Source: Minisyncoccota bacterium (GTDB taxonomy: Bacteria; Patescibacteriota; Minisyncoccia; UBA6257; JAAZHW01). Taken from it: a DNA stretch of 64,000 nucleotides. Below are positions 36,890-47,493 of this stretch, one piece after another (the stretch's first letter is position 1; the number at the start of each line of letters is the position of its first letter). A program made the position numbers and the translations under genes. The notes beneath the pieces are model-generated. The model was given only the letters and a program-made list of their open reading frames with translations. It was not told the origin of the DNA and did no database searches. The stretch lies in NCBI GenBank assembly GCA_035369485.1, contig DAOSMC010000001.1, positions 2,283 through 66,282 of the forward strand, in the 5' to 3' direction.

Positions 36890-38364
36890 AAAATATTATT
36901 AATCACGAAACAAAAAGTGTTAATTCCGCCGCTATTATTTTGGCAATAGCGTCTCTTGTTTCTGCTTTGCTGGGTCTGATTAGAGATCGTCTTTTAGCGG
37001 GAACTTTTGGCGCTGGAAGAGAATTAGATATTTACTACATTGCCTTTAAAATTCCGGATTTTATCAGCATAGTTTTAATAATTGGCGCAATTTCTGCGGC
37101 GATCACTCCTATTTTTAGTCATTATTTAGTTCGCTCCAAAAAAGAAGCGTTTGATTTTCTCTCAAATCTTATAAACGTGTTTTTATTATTTTTAATTATC
37201 CTTTCTTTAATTTTAATTATTTTTGTTCCTCAACTTCTTTATCTGATTGCGCCTGGATTTTCGGTTGAAGAAAGAGAAATGGCGGCTGTTTTAACTCGTA
37301 TTATGTTTTTAAGCCCGATATTGTTAGGAATAAGCAATATCATATCTTCTGTTTTAAGAGTTTTTCAAAGGTTTTTAGTTACTTCTATAGCACCTATTTT
37401 GTACAATGTCGGTATTATTATTGGTATTTTGTTTTTTGTACCTATAGCCGGATTAAAAGGTTTGGCTTGGGGCGTAGTGTTGGGAGCGTTTTTTCACCTT
37501 GTTTTTCAAATTCCAACCCTTATCCAATTAGGATTTAAATTTCAAAAAAAATTAAAACTAAGAGATCCAGGTGTAAAAAAAGCAATAGAGTTAACTATCC
37601 CTCGTTCTATTGGATTAGCCACAACCCAAATTAATTTAATTATTATTAGCGCTATTGCTTCTATTTTAAGTTCCGGCAGCATAGCGATTATGAATTTAGC
37701 AGATAATCTTAGTCGGCCTCTTTACACCTTCATCGCTGTTTCGTTAGCGACAGCTGCTTTTCCAGCATTAACCCTGGCTTTTTCTAAACAAGAAAAAAAT
37801 AAATTTCAAGATATTTTTTCAGCAACTTTTAAAAAAATTTTTTGGCTAACATTTTCATTAGGCATAATTCTATTCCTTTTTAGAGATTTAATTGTAAAAA
37901 TTATTCTTCACACAGGAAAATTCGCACTGACGGATGTTCGCTTAACCGCTATTTGTTTTGGAATCTTTGCTGTTGGTATATTTGCTCAAGGACTTGTATT
38001 ATTAATTGCTAAATCTTTTTACGCGCTCCACGACACTAAGACGCCAACCATTATTAGTATTTTAAGTGCAATTTTTAATATTGTTTTATGTTTCGGGTTT
38101 ATTAAATTACTTTCTTTCCCTAATGCCTTTAGTCAATTTTTTCTTAATTTATTAAATATTAATAGTCTTCAACTAACGTCAGTGGCAGCTCATCCATTCA
38201 TTGTTAAATTTTTAGGAATTTATAATTTAACCGGCATAGAAGTCATAGCTTTGCCTTTGGCTATTTCTGTTTCCGCGGTTTTTCAATTTATATTCCTTTA
38301 TATTCTTTTTTGTCGTAAAAAAGAGAAAGTATTTCAAGAACAATCACTTAGTGAAATAAATTAA
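36880..38364 (+). CDS. murJ: Lipid II flippase MurJ (MviN)
   Basis: 14-TM topology and N-terminal signature LGLIRDRLLAGTFGAGRELDIYYIAFKIPDF. Confidence 0.7.
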   Translation: MQLKNIINHETKSVNSAAIILAIASLVSALLGLIRDRLLAGTFGAGRELDIYYIAFKIPDFISIVLIIGAISAAITPIFSHYLVRSKKEAFDFLSNLINVFLLFLIILSLILIIFVPQLLYLIAPGFSVEEREMAAVLTRIMFLSPILLGISNIISSVLRVFQRFLVTSIAPILYNVGIIIGILFFVPIAGLKGLAWGVVLGAFFHLVFQIPTLIQLGFKFQKKLKLRDPGVKKAIELTIPRSIGLATTQINLIIISAIASILSSGSIAIMNLADNLSRPLYTFIAVSLATAAFPALTLAFSKQEKNKFQDIFSATFKKIFWLTFSLGIILFLFRDLIVKIILHTGKFALTDVRLTAICFGIFAVGIFAQGLVLLIAKSFYALHDTKTPTIISILSAIFNIVLCFGFIKLLSFPNAFSQFFLNLLNINSLQLTSVAAHPFIVKFLGIYNLTGIEVIALPLAISVSAVFQFIFLYILFCRKKEKVFQEQSLSEIN

Positions 38365-40238
38365 TGAAAAACATTCGTAATTTTGCCATCATTGCTCATA
38401 TTGATCATGGAAAGTCAACTTTGGCTGATCGTTTTTTGGAGTTAACCGGCGCAATTGATAAAAGAAAAATGAAAGATCAGTTTTTAGACCGTATGGATTT
38501 AGAAAGAGAACGAGGAATAACTATTAAAATGCAGCCAGTTCGGATGATTTATCGTTCTAGAACAAATTCCGAATATATTCTTAATTTAATTGATACCCCC
38601 GGTCATGTAGATTTTAGTTATGAGGTTTCTCGAAGTCTGGCGGCGGTGGAAGGAGCGATTCTTTTAGTTGATGCAACGCAGGGTATTCAAGCGCAAACAA
38701 TGGGCAATTATCAATTAGCTAAAAAACAAGAACTCACTATTATTCCAGTCATTAATAAGATAGATTTACCTAATGCCCAAATTGAAGAGGTAGAAAAACA
38801 AATTATGGATTTATGCGGTATTAGCCAAAAAGAAATTTATAAGGTATCAGCTAAAACAGGCGAAGGGGTTGAAGAATTGCTTCAGGCAGTTATTGAAAAA
38901 ATTCCTTCACCAACTGAATCTGACAAAAAGCCTTTACGAGCGCTTGTTTTCGATTCCATCTACGATAATCATAGAGGCGTTATTTCTTATGTACGTATTG
39001 TTGATGGAGAAGTTAGAGGCGGTGAGACGGGTTTTTTGATGGCTTCGGAAACTCTTTTTAAAGTTGCTGAGGTGGGAATTTTTAGGCCTTGGTTAGAGAA
39101 AACAGAAATTCTTTCGAGTGGGGAAATAGGATATATTGTGACAGGACTAAAAGAACCTGTGAAGGTGAGAGTAGGAGATACAATAACAAAATTTAAAAAA
39201 TCTTCTCCTAGTTATAGTAGTGCAAATTCGAAAAATAAAAATGATAAAATAATTAAAGAAACGGGAAAAAATAAGTACTTATCAATTGCCGGAGTAGAAA
39301 GATTGCCGGGGTATAAAGAGCCAGAACCAATGGTTTTTGCAAGCGTTTATCCAACATCAAATGAAAACATAACGACCCTCAAAAATGCTATTCAGAAATT
39401 AAAACTTAATGATCCTAGTTTGGTTTATAAAACAGAATTCTTTTCTGCTTTGGGTCAAGGATTTTGTTTGGGTTTTTTGGGATTGTTACATTTGGAAATT
39501 GTTAAAGAACGTTTGGAAAGAGAATATAAAGTAGATGTTATTTTTACTACACCCTCAGTCAATTATAAAGTAGTAATGAAAAATGGATTAGTTAAAGATG
39601 TTTTTCGGGCTTCGGATTTTCCAGTTCGCGATCAAATCGAAAAAATTTTAGAACCGTGGGTTCGCTTGGAAATTATTACGCCGTTGAATTTTGTTGGAGC
39701 CGTAATGCAATTGAAAGATCGGCACCGTTTAAATTATTTAACCACTCAATATTTAGGAACACTGATAATTTTAGTTTTCGAAGCCCCATTAAGCGAAATC
39801 ATTATTAATTTTTACGACAAATTAAAAAGCGCAACGGAAGGATATGCCTCAATGAGTTATGAATTTTTAGAATATCGCGAAGGAGATCTTGTTAAATTAG
39901 AGATTTTGTTAGCTGGCGATAAAGAAGAAAGTTTGGCAAAAATTGTTCACCGCCGTTTTTTAGAAGAAGAAGCGAGAAAAATGGTTGAAAAATTAAGAAG
40001 TGTTTTACCGCGCGAAAATTTTGCTGTTGCAATTCAGGCAGTAGCTGAAAATCGAATTATTGCTCGGGAGACTTTGCCTGCTTTAAAAAAAGATGTGACC
40101 GGTTATCTTTATGGAGGCGATCGCACTCGAAAAATGAAATTATGGAAAAAACAAAAAGAGGGAAAAAAGCGATTGAAGGAACGAGGAAAAATACGTCTTT
40201 CAACTAAAGCTTATTTGGATATTTTAAAAATGGAATAA
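38364..40238 (+). CDS. lepA: Elongation factor 4 (LepA), with a lineage-specific insertion of about 50 aa
   Basis: G1-G4 GTPase motifs (AHIDHGKST, DTPGH, NKID), the LepA-specific C-terminal domain, and an inserted K/S/N-rich segment near residues 272-325. Confidence 0.85.
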   Translation: MKNIRNFAIIAHIDHGKSTLADRFLELTGAIDKRKMKDQFLDRMDLERERGITIKMQPVRMIYRSRTNSEYILNLIDTPGHVDFSYEVSRSLAAVEGAILLVDATQGIQAQTMGNYQLAKKQELTIIPVINKIDLPNAQIEEVEKQIMDLCGISQKEIYKVSAKTGEGVEELLQAVIEKIPSPTESDKKPLRALVFDSIYDNHRGVISYVRIVDGEVRGGETGFLMASETLFKVAEVGIFRPWLEKTEILSSGEIGYIVTGLKEPVKVRVGDTITKFKKSSPSYSSANSKNKNDKIIKETGKNKYLSIAGVERLPGYKEPEPMVFASVYPTSNENITTLKNAIQKLKLNDPSLVYKTEFFSALGQGFCLGFLGLLHLEIVKERLEREYKVDVIFTTPSVNYKVVMKNGLVKDVFRASDFPVRDQIEKILEPWVRLEIITPLNFVGAVMQLKDRHRLNYLTTQYLGTLIILVFEAPLSEIIINFYDKLKSATEGYASMSYEFLEYREGDLVKLEILLAGDKEESLAKIVHRRFLEEEARKMVEKLRSVLPRENFAVAIQAVAENRIIARETLPALKKDVTGYLYGGDRTRKMKLWKKQKEGKKRLKERGKIRLSTKAYLDILKME

Positions 40239-40367
40239 TGTTCAAGATAAATTTTTTATTCAGCATTAATTAGAAAAGCAATTAATGAAAATTAAAGCGA
40301 CAAGTAAGATTGGTTCGGAATAATTTTTCTTGTTTTTTTATTAGAACTTATTAAAATATAATAGAAC

Positions 40368-40751
40368 ATGGCTTGGAGATCCAAAATCCTTTTGGTTGTT
40401 TTATTTATAGTGGCATCTTTTACACTAATTTATTTTTATCATCAATTAACACTTGAAAAAAAACTTCAAGCTGACTACGAAGCAATTGTTCAGCGCGTAA
40501 ATGAACTTCAAAAAGAAAATGCTTTATTAGAAGATGAATTGGCAAAAATGGAAAATGAGGAAGAGCTAGAACGATTGGCTCGCGAATTATATGCGTTAAA
40601 AAAACCCGGGGAAAAAGCGATGATTATTCCCCAAGAAGTGATGGAAAAATTAATTGAGGATGATGCGATTCAAAATGTTTCCCCGCAAGCACCTTCCAAA
40701 ATTTCTCAATGGTTTCAAGAAATAAAACATTTTTTCGGTAATTTATTCTAA
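40368..40751 (+). CDS. FtsB/DivIC-like septum formation initiator
   Basis: An N-terminal TM helix followed by a leucine-zipper-like coiled coil. 127 aa. Confidence 0.4.
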   Translation: MAWRSKILLVVLFIVASFTLIYFYHQLTLEKKLQADYEAIVQRVNELQKENALLEDELAKMENEEELERLARELYALKKPGEKAMIIPQEVMEKLIEDDAIQNVSPQAPSKISQWFQEIKHFFGNLF

Positions 40752-40781
40752 TTAATGATTAATAAATGTTGGCAGTGAAAT

Positions 40782-40854
40782 GCGAGAGTAGCACAGTGGC
40801 AGTGCGCTTGCTTCCCAAGCAAGATACGCGGGTTCGATTCCCGTCTCTCGCTCC
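40782..40854 (+). tRNA. tRNA-Gly (anticodon CCC)
   Basis: Cloverleaf: acceptor gcgagag/ctctcgc, D-stem gcac/gtgc, anticodon stem cttgc/gcaag with loop ttCCCaa, T-arm gcggg-ttcgatt-cccgt. Confidence 0.8.
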
Positions 40855-40887
40855 TCAGCTGAGAGAAATGTTCTGCTGAAATTCTTT

Positions 40888-40960
40888 GCCGATGTAGCTC
40901 AATTGGCAGAGCAGTCCCTTCGTAAGGGAAAGGTTGTCGGTTCGACTCCGACCATCGGCT
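40888..40960 (+). tRNA. tRNA-Thr (anticodon CGU)
   Basis: Acceptor gccgatg/catcggc, D-stem gctc/gagc, anticodon loop ttCGTaa, T-arm gtcgg-ttcgact-ccgac. Confidence 0.75.
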
Positions 40961-40991
40961 CTTTAAACAAATTCACTAAACTAAAAATTTT

Positions 40992-42128
40992 ATGAATGAT
41001 TTAAAATCGAAAATTCAAGAAATTCGCAATAATATTAAAAAATTGGAAAAAGAGATTGATTTAGAAAAAAAGAAATTAGAGCTGGAAGAATTGAATAAAA
41101 AAATGAGCCGGCCAGATTTTTGGAAAGTACCGGAAGAAACAGTTGATATTTTAAAGAGAGTCAAAGAATTAAAAGGTGAGATTAATTTTTGGATGGAACT
41201 AGAGAAAAAATTAGATGAAGTCGAAGATTTATCTGAATCAATTGATTCAGATAAATCTTCGGCCGACCTTGAAAATCAACTGATAAATTTAGAAAAGCAA
41301 ATTGAAGATAAAAAACTTGAAATTTTTCTTTCCGACCCTTATGACAAAAATGAGGCCATTATGATTTTAACAGCTGGCCAAGGCGGACGCGATGCGGAAG
41401 ATTTTTGTCGAATGCTTTTTAGGATGTATAGTAATTATTTTGCAAAGAAAAAATGGCCTTATCAAATATTATATCAGCATTTTTCAGAAGAGCCGGGTGG
41501 TTCTAAGGATGCGGGAGGAGAAATGGGTTTGAAGAATATTTCCTTAGAAATCAACACGCCTTATGCTTATGGTTTTTTGAAAAATGAGTCAGGCGTTCAT
41601 CGATTAGTTAGAATTTCTCCTTTTGATGCAAAAAAACAGCGTCACACTTCTTTTGTTTTAGTGGAAGTTTTGCCGCAAATAGAAGAAATTGATTTAAAAG
41701 ACATTGAATTAAGAGATGAAGATTTAAAAATAGAATTTATGCGTTCATCAGGTCCAGGTGGTCAGAATGTTAATAAAAGAGAAACGGCTGTGAGAATAGT
41801 GCATTTGCCTACAGGATTAATGGCCGTTTGTCAATCAGAGCGTTCACAGCAGCAAAATAGAGAAAAAGCGCTTCATCTTCTAAAATTGAAAATTTTTAAC
41901 GCTTTACAGCAACAAAAAGAAACAGAACGAAAGAATTTACGAAAACGCATAGAGCCATCCTGGGGAAATCAAATTCGCAATTATGTTTTGCAGCCTTATA
42001 AATTAGTGAAGGATTTACGAACTAATGTTGAAACTTCTAATATAGACGCTGTTCTTGATGGCGAAATAGATAATTTTATAAAAGCAGAAATGTTATTAAA
42101 TTTAAACCCTTCTTCTAAGAGAAAATAG
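40992..42128 (+). CDS. prfB: Peptide chain release factor 2 (uninterrupted, no programmed frameshift)
   Basis: The GGQ motif (SGPGGQNVNK) and the RF2-type SPF tripeptide. The N-terminus is contiguous in one frame. Confidence 0.8.
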   Translation: MNDLKSKIQEIRNNIKKLEKEIDLEKKKLELEELNKKMSRPDFWKVPEETVDILKRVKELKGEINFWMELEKKLDEVEDLSESIDSDKSSADLENQLINLEKQIEDKKLEIFLSDPYDKNEAIMILTAGQGGRDAEDFCRMLFRMYSNYFAKKKWPYQILYQHFSEEPGGSKDAGGEMGLKNISLEINTPYAYGFLKNESGVHRLVRISPFDAKKQRHTSFVLVEVLPQIEEIDLKDIELRDEDLKIEFMRSSGPGGQNVNKRETAVRIVHLPTGLMAVCQSERSQQQNREKALHLLKLKIFNALQQQKETERKNLRKRIEPSWGNQIRNYVLQPYKLVKDLRTNVETSNIDAVLDGEIDNFIKAEMLLNLNPSSKRK

Positions 42129-42259
42129 AAAATTTTAGATTTCTCTGTTTACGGATGGACGACTGAGTAAGCAAAGTTTAGATTTGCGCGTTTAATTTTA
42201 AATATTTATTGTTTTTTGATTTGCAAAAATATTCTTGAAGTGCTAAAATAAATATTAAT

Positions 42260-42952
42260 ATGAATGAAGAGTTGGTTTATTTTCAAAATGTGACAAAAGT
42301 GTATAATAGTCATACAGTAGCCCTTGATAATATCAATATCAAGATAATGCGAGAAGAGTTTGTGGCTATTGTGGGAAAATCGGGCGCTGGAAAATCGACG
42401 CTTCTCAAATTGTTAATTGGCGAAGAGAAGCCTACAAAAGGAAGAATATTTTTTGAAAAACAAGATGTTTCTCGTTTATCATATAAAGAATTACCTCAGT
42501 TGCGCAGGCAGATAGGTATGATTTTTCAGGACTTTAAGCTTTTACCAGATAAAACTGCTTTTGAAAATGTAGCTTTTGCGTTGGAAGTAGCTGGTTATCG
42601 TCCTAAAGAAATTAAAGAAACCGTTCCTCAGATGCTCGAACTCGTAGGATTAAAGAATAAAATTTTTAATTTTCCTCATGAATTATCGGGTGGAGAAAAA
42701 CAGCGAGTAGCTATTGCTCGTGCGCTTATCAACAAACCTGACCTTTTAATTGCCGACGAGCCAACAGGCAATTTAGATCCTATTAATACTGCCGAAATTA
42801 TTAAACTTTTACTTAAAATTAATGAATTAAAAACAACGGTTATTTTGGCAACGCATAATAAAAATGTAGTGGATATGCTGAATACGCGAGTGATTTCTTT
42901 AGATAATGGTCGAGTTATTCGTGATGAGGAAGAAGGTCAATTTATTATTTAA
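42260..42952 (+). CDS. ftsE: Cell-division ABC ATPase FtsE
   Basis: Walker A GKSGAGKST, ABC signature LSGGEKQR and Walker B LLIADEPT. Confidence 0.8.
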   Translation: MNEELVYFQNVTKVYNSHTVALDNINIKIMREEFVAIVGKSGAGKSTLLKLLIGEEKPTKGRIFFEKQDVSRLSYKELPQLRRQIGMIFQDFKLLPDKTAFENVAFALEVAGYRPKEIKETVPQMLELVGLKNKIFNFPHELSGGEKQRVAIARALINKPDLLIADEPTGNLDPINTAEIIKLLLKINELKTTVILATHNKNVVDMLNTRVISLDNGRVIRDEEEGQFII

Positions 42953-42958
42953 AGATCT

Positions 42959-43867
42959 ATGTTTGTATTTTTAGCGAGGATTATCAAGTATGGTTTTCAA
43001 AGTTTTTGGCGCAATGGTTTATTGTCTAGTGCGACAGTAGCCATTATGACCTTAACGCTTCTTTTGTGTTCTGGATTAATCATTTTTGGCAATGCCGGAA
43101 ATGTTGTTTTGCAAAGTCTAGAAAGTAAAATTGACGTTAGCGTTTATTTTAAAACTAATGTTGGTGAAAATCAGATTTTAGCCATTAAAAAAAATATTGA
43201 ACAATTAGATGAGGTGGCTAGTGTCGAATACATATCTCAAGAAGATGCTCTTGCGACTTTTAAAGAAAGACATAAAGACGATCCCGTTATCATTCAATCT
43301 TTAGAAGAGCTCGGTTATAATCCTTTATCTGCCTCTTTAAACATTAGAGCTAAAAATCCACGCAATTACGAGGGTATTGCAAATTACTTGGAAAAAGAAA
43401 TTCCTTCTGAATTTATTGATAAAATTAATTATAGTCAGAATCAGATTATTATTGATCGTTTAAACAAAATTATAAGCGCTTTTCAAACAGGTGGATTGAT
43501 TGCAGTTGGCGTTTTGGCTTTGGTTGCTTTTTTGATCACTTTTAATACAATTCGTTTGGCTATTTATTCTAACAGAGAATCCATAGGTATTATGCGATTA
43601 GTAGGTGCTTCGGGTTCGCTAATCCGAGGGCCTTATGTAGTAGAAGCTTTCATTATTGCGTTAGCTTCTACAATATTATCTTCGATTTTACTTATTCCTA
43701 TTTTGTATTCTATTGCGCCTTACTTTAATAATTTTATTCCTGAATTTAATATTATTGAATATTTCTGGAGTCATTTCTTTTATCTTTTTGGTATTCAATT
43801 TCTTGTTGGCTTGGCTTTGGCTATTCTTTCTAGTGTTATTGCTATTAGAAAATATCTGAAAGTATAG
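42959..43867 (+). CDS. ftsX: Cell-division permease-like protein FtsX
   Basis: Four TM segments with a periplasmic loop, directly downstream of ftsE. Confidence 0.75.
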   Translation: MFVFLARIIKYGFQSFWRNGLLSSATVAIMTLTLLLCSGLIIFGNAGNVVLQSLESKIDVSVYFKTNVGENQILAIKKNIEQLDEVASVEYISQEDALATFKERHKDDPVIIQSLEELGYNPLSASLNIRAKNPRNYEGIANYLEKEIPSEFIDKINYSQNQIIIDRLNKIISAFQTGGLIAVGVLALVAFLITFNTIRLAIYSNRESIGIMRLVGASGSLIRGPYVVEAFIIALASTILSSILLIPILYSIAPYFNNFIPEFNIIEYFWSHFFYLFGIQFLVGLALAILSSVIAIRKYLKV

Positions 43868-44024
43868 AGCAATATCAGAAGTTGAATATTTCTAATTGAG
43901 AGGATAAGAGATTAAAATAAAAATATAAAATATGCCATTGTTATTAGAAATAGTCTAATGGAAAACACAAGACTTTTTTAAATCTTGTCCGCTCTTTTAA
44001 ACTTCAACTTTAAATTTTGATTTT

Positions 44025-44095
44025 TGCGGGGTCGTCTAATGGTAGGACACGGCGCTCTGGACGCCGGTATCTTGGTTCGAATCCAAGCCCCGCAG
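44025..44095 (+). tRNA. tRNA-Gln (anticodon CUG), with a U1:A72 pair
   Basis: Acceptor tgcgggg/ccccgca, anticodon stem cggcg/cgccg with loop ctCTGga, T-arm cttgg-ttcgaat-ccaag. Confidence 0.75.
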
Positions 44096-44238
44096 CTTTG
44101 GAAAGAACGTGAAGAAAATCGGAGAATTACTTAGTTTGGCCGAAAAGAAAAAATTGATGTATATACTCAAAATTTTAGCGATAAAATCTTACACTTTTTG
44201 TTTGCGCTGAGGAATTTTATTTTTATAATAATATTTAG

Positions 44239-44820
44239 ATGAGTAAGACGGTTAAAATTTTAATTTTATCGGACTTTATTATTATTTCAGCCTTCGGTTT
44301 TTTAAATCCTATTTTTGCGCTTTTTCTTACTGATAAAATTGCTGGCGGAACAATTGAGACTGTTGGTTATGCAACAGCTTTTTATTGGGTAGCAGCTGTG
44401 CTGGTGCGTTTACCATTGGCTCGACGTGTAGATAGTACTAAATCCGAAAAGGACGATTTCTATTTTATGATTCTTGGTTCTATCCTAATTTCATTAGTTC
44501 CATTTTTGTATATATTTAGTACTCAAATCTGGCATATTTATCTTATTCAGGCTCTTTATGGATTAGGGTATTCTTTGCGATTACCCGGTTGGTATGCAAT
44601 GTTTAGTCGACATATGCGAAAAGGAAGAGAGGGATACGAATGGAGTGTTAATAGTATGGTAGCGGGACTGGGTTCAGCAATTACCGCAGCGCTGGGTGGT
44701 GTATTGGTGGGACGACTGGGATTTGATGTGCTTTTTCTTTTTATTGGACTGCTGAGCGTTTTTGGTTCTATTGTTTTGGTTTTTTTGTATTACATATTAG
44801 AGCCAAATCACCATGTTTAA
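44239..44820 (+). CDS. Six-TM protein resembling one half of an MFS transporter (half-size or truncated)
   Basis: Six predicted helices and an MFS-like loop between TM2 and TM3 (LARRVDSTKSE). Only 193 aa. Confidence 0.4.
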   Translation: MSKTVKILILSDFIIISAFGFLNPIFALFLTDKIAGGTIETVGYATAFYWVAAVLVRLPLARRVDSTKSEKDDFYFMILGSILISLVPFLYIFSTQIWHIYLIQALYGLGYSLRLPGWYAMFSRHMRKGREGYEWSVNSMVAGLGSAITAALGGVLVGRLGFDVLFLFIGLLSVFGSIVLVFLYYILEPNHHV

Positions 44821-45050
44821 TTTAAATTAAGGTTATCAATAGAAAATGCATGTTTAGATTGAGGCGAAAAGTAGTTGAATTTAAAACATATTCATTTTCA
44901 TTGTTTTTATTCTATTCGGAGAATTAAATTCGCGGACTTTAGAAGGAAATAGGGAATTAATAAAAAATTAGCCATTTTTTATTTGCTTTAGTTTTTGGAA
45001 TTACAGATTAATTATAGTATAATTTATTTAGTCGATAAAAAATATTGAGT

Positions 45051-45809
45051 ATGAAGGATTTTTTACAAAAAATTACTATAGATGGTAGGGCGATGTATTT
45101 GGCTTATGATCATGGTTTTGAGCATGGACCAATAGACCTTCCCAACCAATCAATAAACCCAGATTATATTTTAAATATTGCTGTTGAGGGTGGTTATAAT
45201 GCGATTATTCTTCAAAGGGGGTTAGCTGAAAAATATTATACCGGTACTAAATATCAAAAACAGATTCCTTTAATTTTAAAAATTAATGGGAAAGCTAATA
45301 TCTGGCAAGGCGGTGACGTTTATTCTTATCAAAATTGTTCTGTTAAATATGCAAAAACGTTAGGAGCGAGCGCAGTGGGTTATACTATTTATTTGGGTTC
45401 TGCTCACGATGGAAAAATGTTTTCTGATTTTGGAAAGATAGTTGAAGAGGCGCATCAACTAAACATGGCAGCAATTGCTTGGGTTTATCCTCGCGGCGAA
45501 TTTGTTAAAGATGAAGTTTCAAAAGAAATTACGGCTTATGCTGCCCGAATAGGTTTAGAGTTAGGAGCGGATATGGTGAAAATAAAATATTCTGGTTCCA
45601 AAGAAAATTTTGCATATGCAGTGAAGGCGGCTGGCAAAACAAAAGTAGTTTTATCTGGCGGTCCTAAAGTGAATGATGAGGAATTTTTACAAATAACAAA
45701 AGACGTGATGGCAGCAGGTGCTAGCGGTGTAGCGGTTGGAAGAAATGTGTGGCAGCATAGTGAACCTCTAAAAATAACGAAGAAAATAAAAGAGATAATT
45801 TTTAGTTAG
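45051..45809 (+). CDS. Class I (DhnA/archaeal-type) fructose-bisphosphate aldolase family protein
   Basis: TIM-barrel aldolase with the Schiff-base Lys region (DMVKIKYSG) and AYDHGFEHGP near the N-terminus. The track start at 45045 is TTG, so the start was trimmed to the ATG at 45051. Confidence 0.55.
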   Translation: MKDFLQKITIDGRAMYLAYDHGFEHGPIDLPNQSINPDYILNIAVEGGYNAIILQRGLAEKYYTGTKYQKQIPLILKINGKANIWQGGDVYSYQNCSVKYAKTLGASAVGYTIYLGSAHDGKMFSDFGKIVEEAHQLNMAAIAWVYPRGEFVKDEVSKEITAYAARIGLELGADMVKIKYSGSKENFAYAVKAAGKTKVVLSGGPKVNDEEFLQITKDVMAAGASGVAVGRNVWQHSEPLKITKKIKEIIFS

Positions 45810-45943
45810 TTAATCCACATTTTAAGTTAGCAAGACCACTTGACTTTATTTAAAATTGGAATAAAATTTCTATAAATTGAGAAATAAAAAGGCTTTGTCA
45901 TATTTTTATTACTCAATAGTCGATTAAAATAATTTTTAAAAAA

Positions 45944-47143
45944 ATGGCAGAAAAAAAGAAATTTGAACGAAAAAAGCCACACGTTAATGTAGGAACCATT
46001 GGTCATATTGACCATGGAAAAACCACTTTAACGGCGGCTATTTTACACGTTTTAAGTTTTAAGGGTTTGGTTGAAAAAGTCGAAGGCGTTGATCAGATTG
46101 ATAATGCTCCGGAAGAAAAAGCACGAGGCATTACAATTGCTTTGCATCACTCAGAATACGAGTCAGAAAAAAGACATTATGCACATATTGATGCGCCAGG
46201 GCATGCTGATTATATCAAAAACATGATTACAGGTGCAGCTCAGATGGATGGTGCAATTTTGGTGGTTTCAGCCGCTGATGGTCCAATGCCTCAAACGCGA
46301 GAGCATATTCTTTTAGCGCGACAAGTTGGCGTACCGGCTATTATAGTTTTTCTTAACAAGATTGATCAAGTAAGCGACCCGGAATTAATTGATTTGGTTG
46401 AAAACGAAGTTCGAGAACTTTTAACAAAATATCAATTTCCAGGTAATGAAGTTCCGGTTATTCGTGGATCAGCGTTGGCAGCACTTAATGCCAAATCATT
46501 GGATGATCCAGCCTGTAAGCCCATTTTAGATTTAATTGAGGCAATGGATAATTATATTCCACAACCAGTTCGAGAAATTGATAAACCATTCTTAATGCCT
46601 ATTGAGGATATATTTTCTATTGAGGGGCGTGGAACAGTTGTAACAGGAAGAGTTGAAAGAGGTATTTTGAAAACAAATGAAGAGGTTGAAGTGGTTGGTT
46701 TAAGGCCGACAATTAAAACGGTAGTTACCGGTATTGAAATGTTTAATAAAACATTAGACGAAGCTCAAGCGGGTGATAATGTAGGAATTTTATTGCGTGG
46801 TTTGAAAAAAGAAGATGTAGAAAGGGGACAAGTAATTGCTAAACCAGGAACAGTGACGCCGCATACAGAATTTGAAGCAGAAGCTTATATTCTCACCAAA
46901 GAAGAAGGAGGTCGGCATACCCCATTTTTTACCGGTTATAAACCTCAATTTTATATTCGGACTACTGATGTAACAGGCGAGGTTACTTTACCTCAAGGAA
47001 TTGAAATGGTAATGCCGGGCGATAATGCTCATTTGATTGTAAAATTAATTGCACCGGTGGCATTGGAAGAACAACAGCGTTTTGCTATTCGCGAGGGTGG
47101 CAGAACTGTAGGCGCGGGCGTTGTTTCAAAAATTATTAAATAA
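45944..47143 (+). CDS. tuf: Elongation factor Tu
   Basis: [22 protein letters not shown] and SAL motifs. 399 aa. Confidence 0.95.
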   Translation: MAEKKKFERKKPHVNVGTIGHIDHGKTTLTAAILHVLSFKGLVEKVEGVDQIDNAPEEKARGITIALHHSEYESEKRHYAHIDAPGHADYIKNMITGAAQMDGAILVVSAADGPMPQTREHILLARQVGVPAIIVFLNKIDQVSDPELIDLVENEVRELLTKYQFPGNEVPVIRGSALAALNAKSLDDPACKPILDLIEAMDNYIPQPVREIDKPFLMPIEDIFSIEGRGTVVTGRVERGILKTNEEVEVVGLRPTIKTVVTGIEMFNKTLDEAQAGDNVGILLRGLKKEDVERGQVIAKPGTVTPHTEFEAEAYILTKEEGGRHTPFFTGYKPQFYIRTTDVTGEVTLPQGIEMVMPGDNAHLIVKLIAPVALEEQQRFAIREGGRTVGAGVVSKIIK

Positions 47144-47163
47144 CTAGCTCTTTTGGAACTGCA

Positions 47164-47487
47164 ATGTCTAAATCAAATGAAAACCAACAGAAAATAAGAA
47201 TTAAGTTAAAAGCTTATGATCATAAGGTGCTAGATAATTCTTGTAAACAAATTTTTGAAACAGCTAATCGTTACGTGAAAGATATTATTGGGCCTATTCC
47301 CTTGCCGACAGAAATCAAACGCTATACTGTTAATCGTTCGACGTTCATTGATAAAAATTCTCGAGAGCAATTTGAAATTCGTATTCATAAAAGATTGATA
47401 GATATCCTCAACCCCAATCAGAAACTTATTGATGCCTTGATGAATCTTAATTTGCCGGCGGGGGTAGATATTGAAATTAAGATGTAG
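47164..47487 (+). CDS. rpsJ: 30S ribosomal protein S10
   Basis: 107 aa with conserved [14 protein letters not shown]. Confidence 0.9.
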   Translation: MSKSNENQQKIRIKLKAYDHKVLDNSCKQIFETANRYVKDIIGPIPLPTEIKRYTVNRSTFIDKNSREQFEIRIHKRLIDILNPNQKLIDALMNLNLPAGVDIEIKM

Positions 47488-47493
47488 GTTTTT

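Noticed and set aside
40992-42128. Programmed +1 frameshift in prfB
   Set aside because: The RF2 reading frame is continuous from the ATG at 40992 with a normal N-terminus, and there is no in-frame UGA or CUU-UGA-C site.
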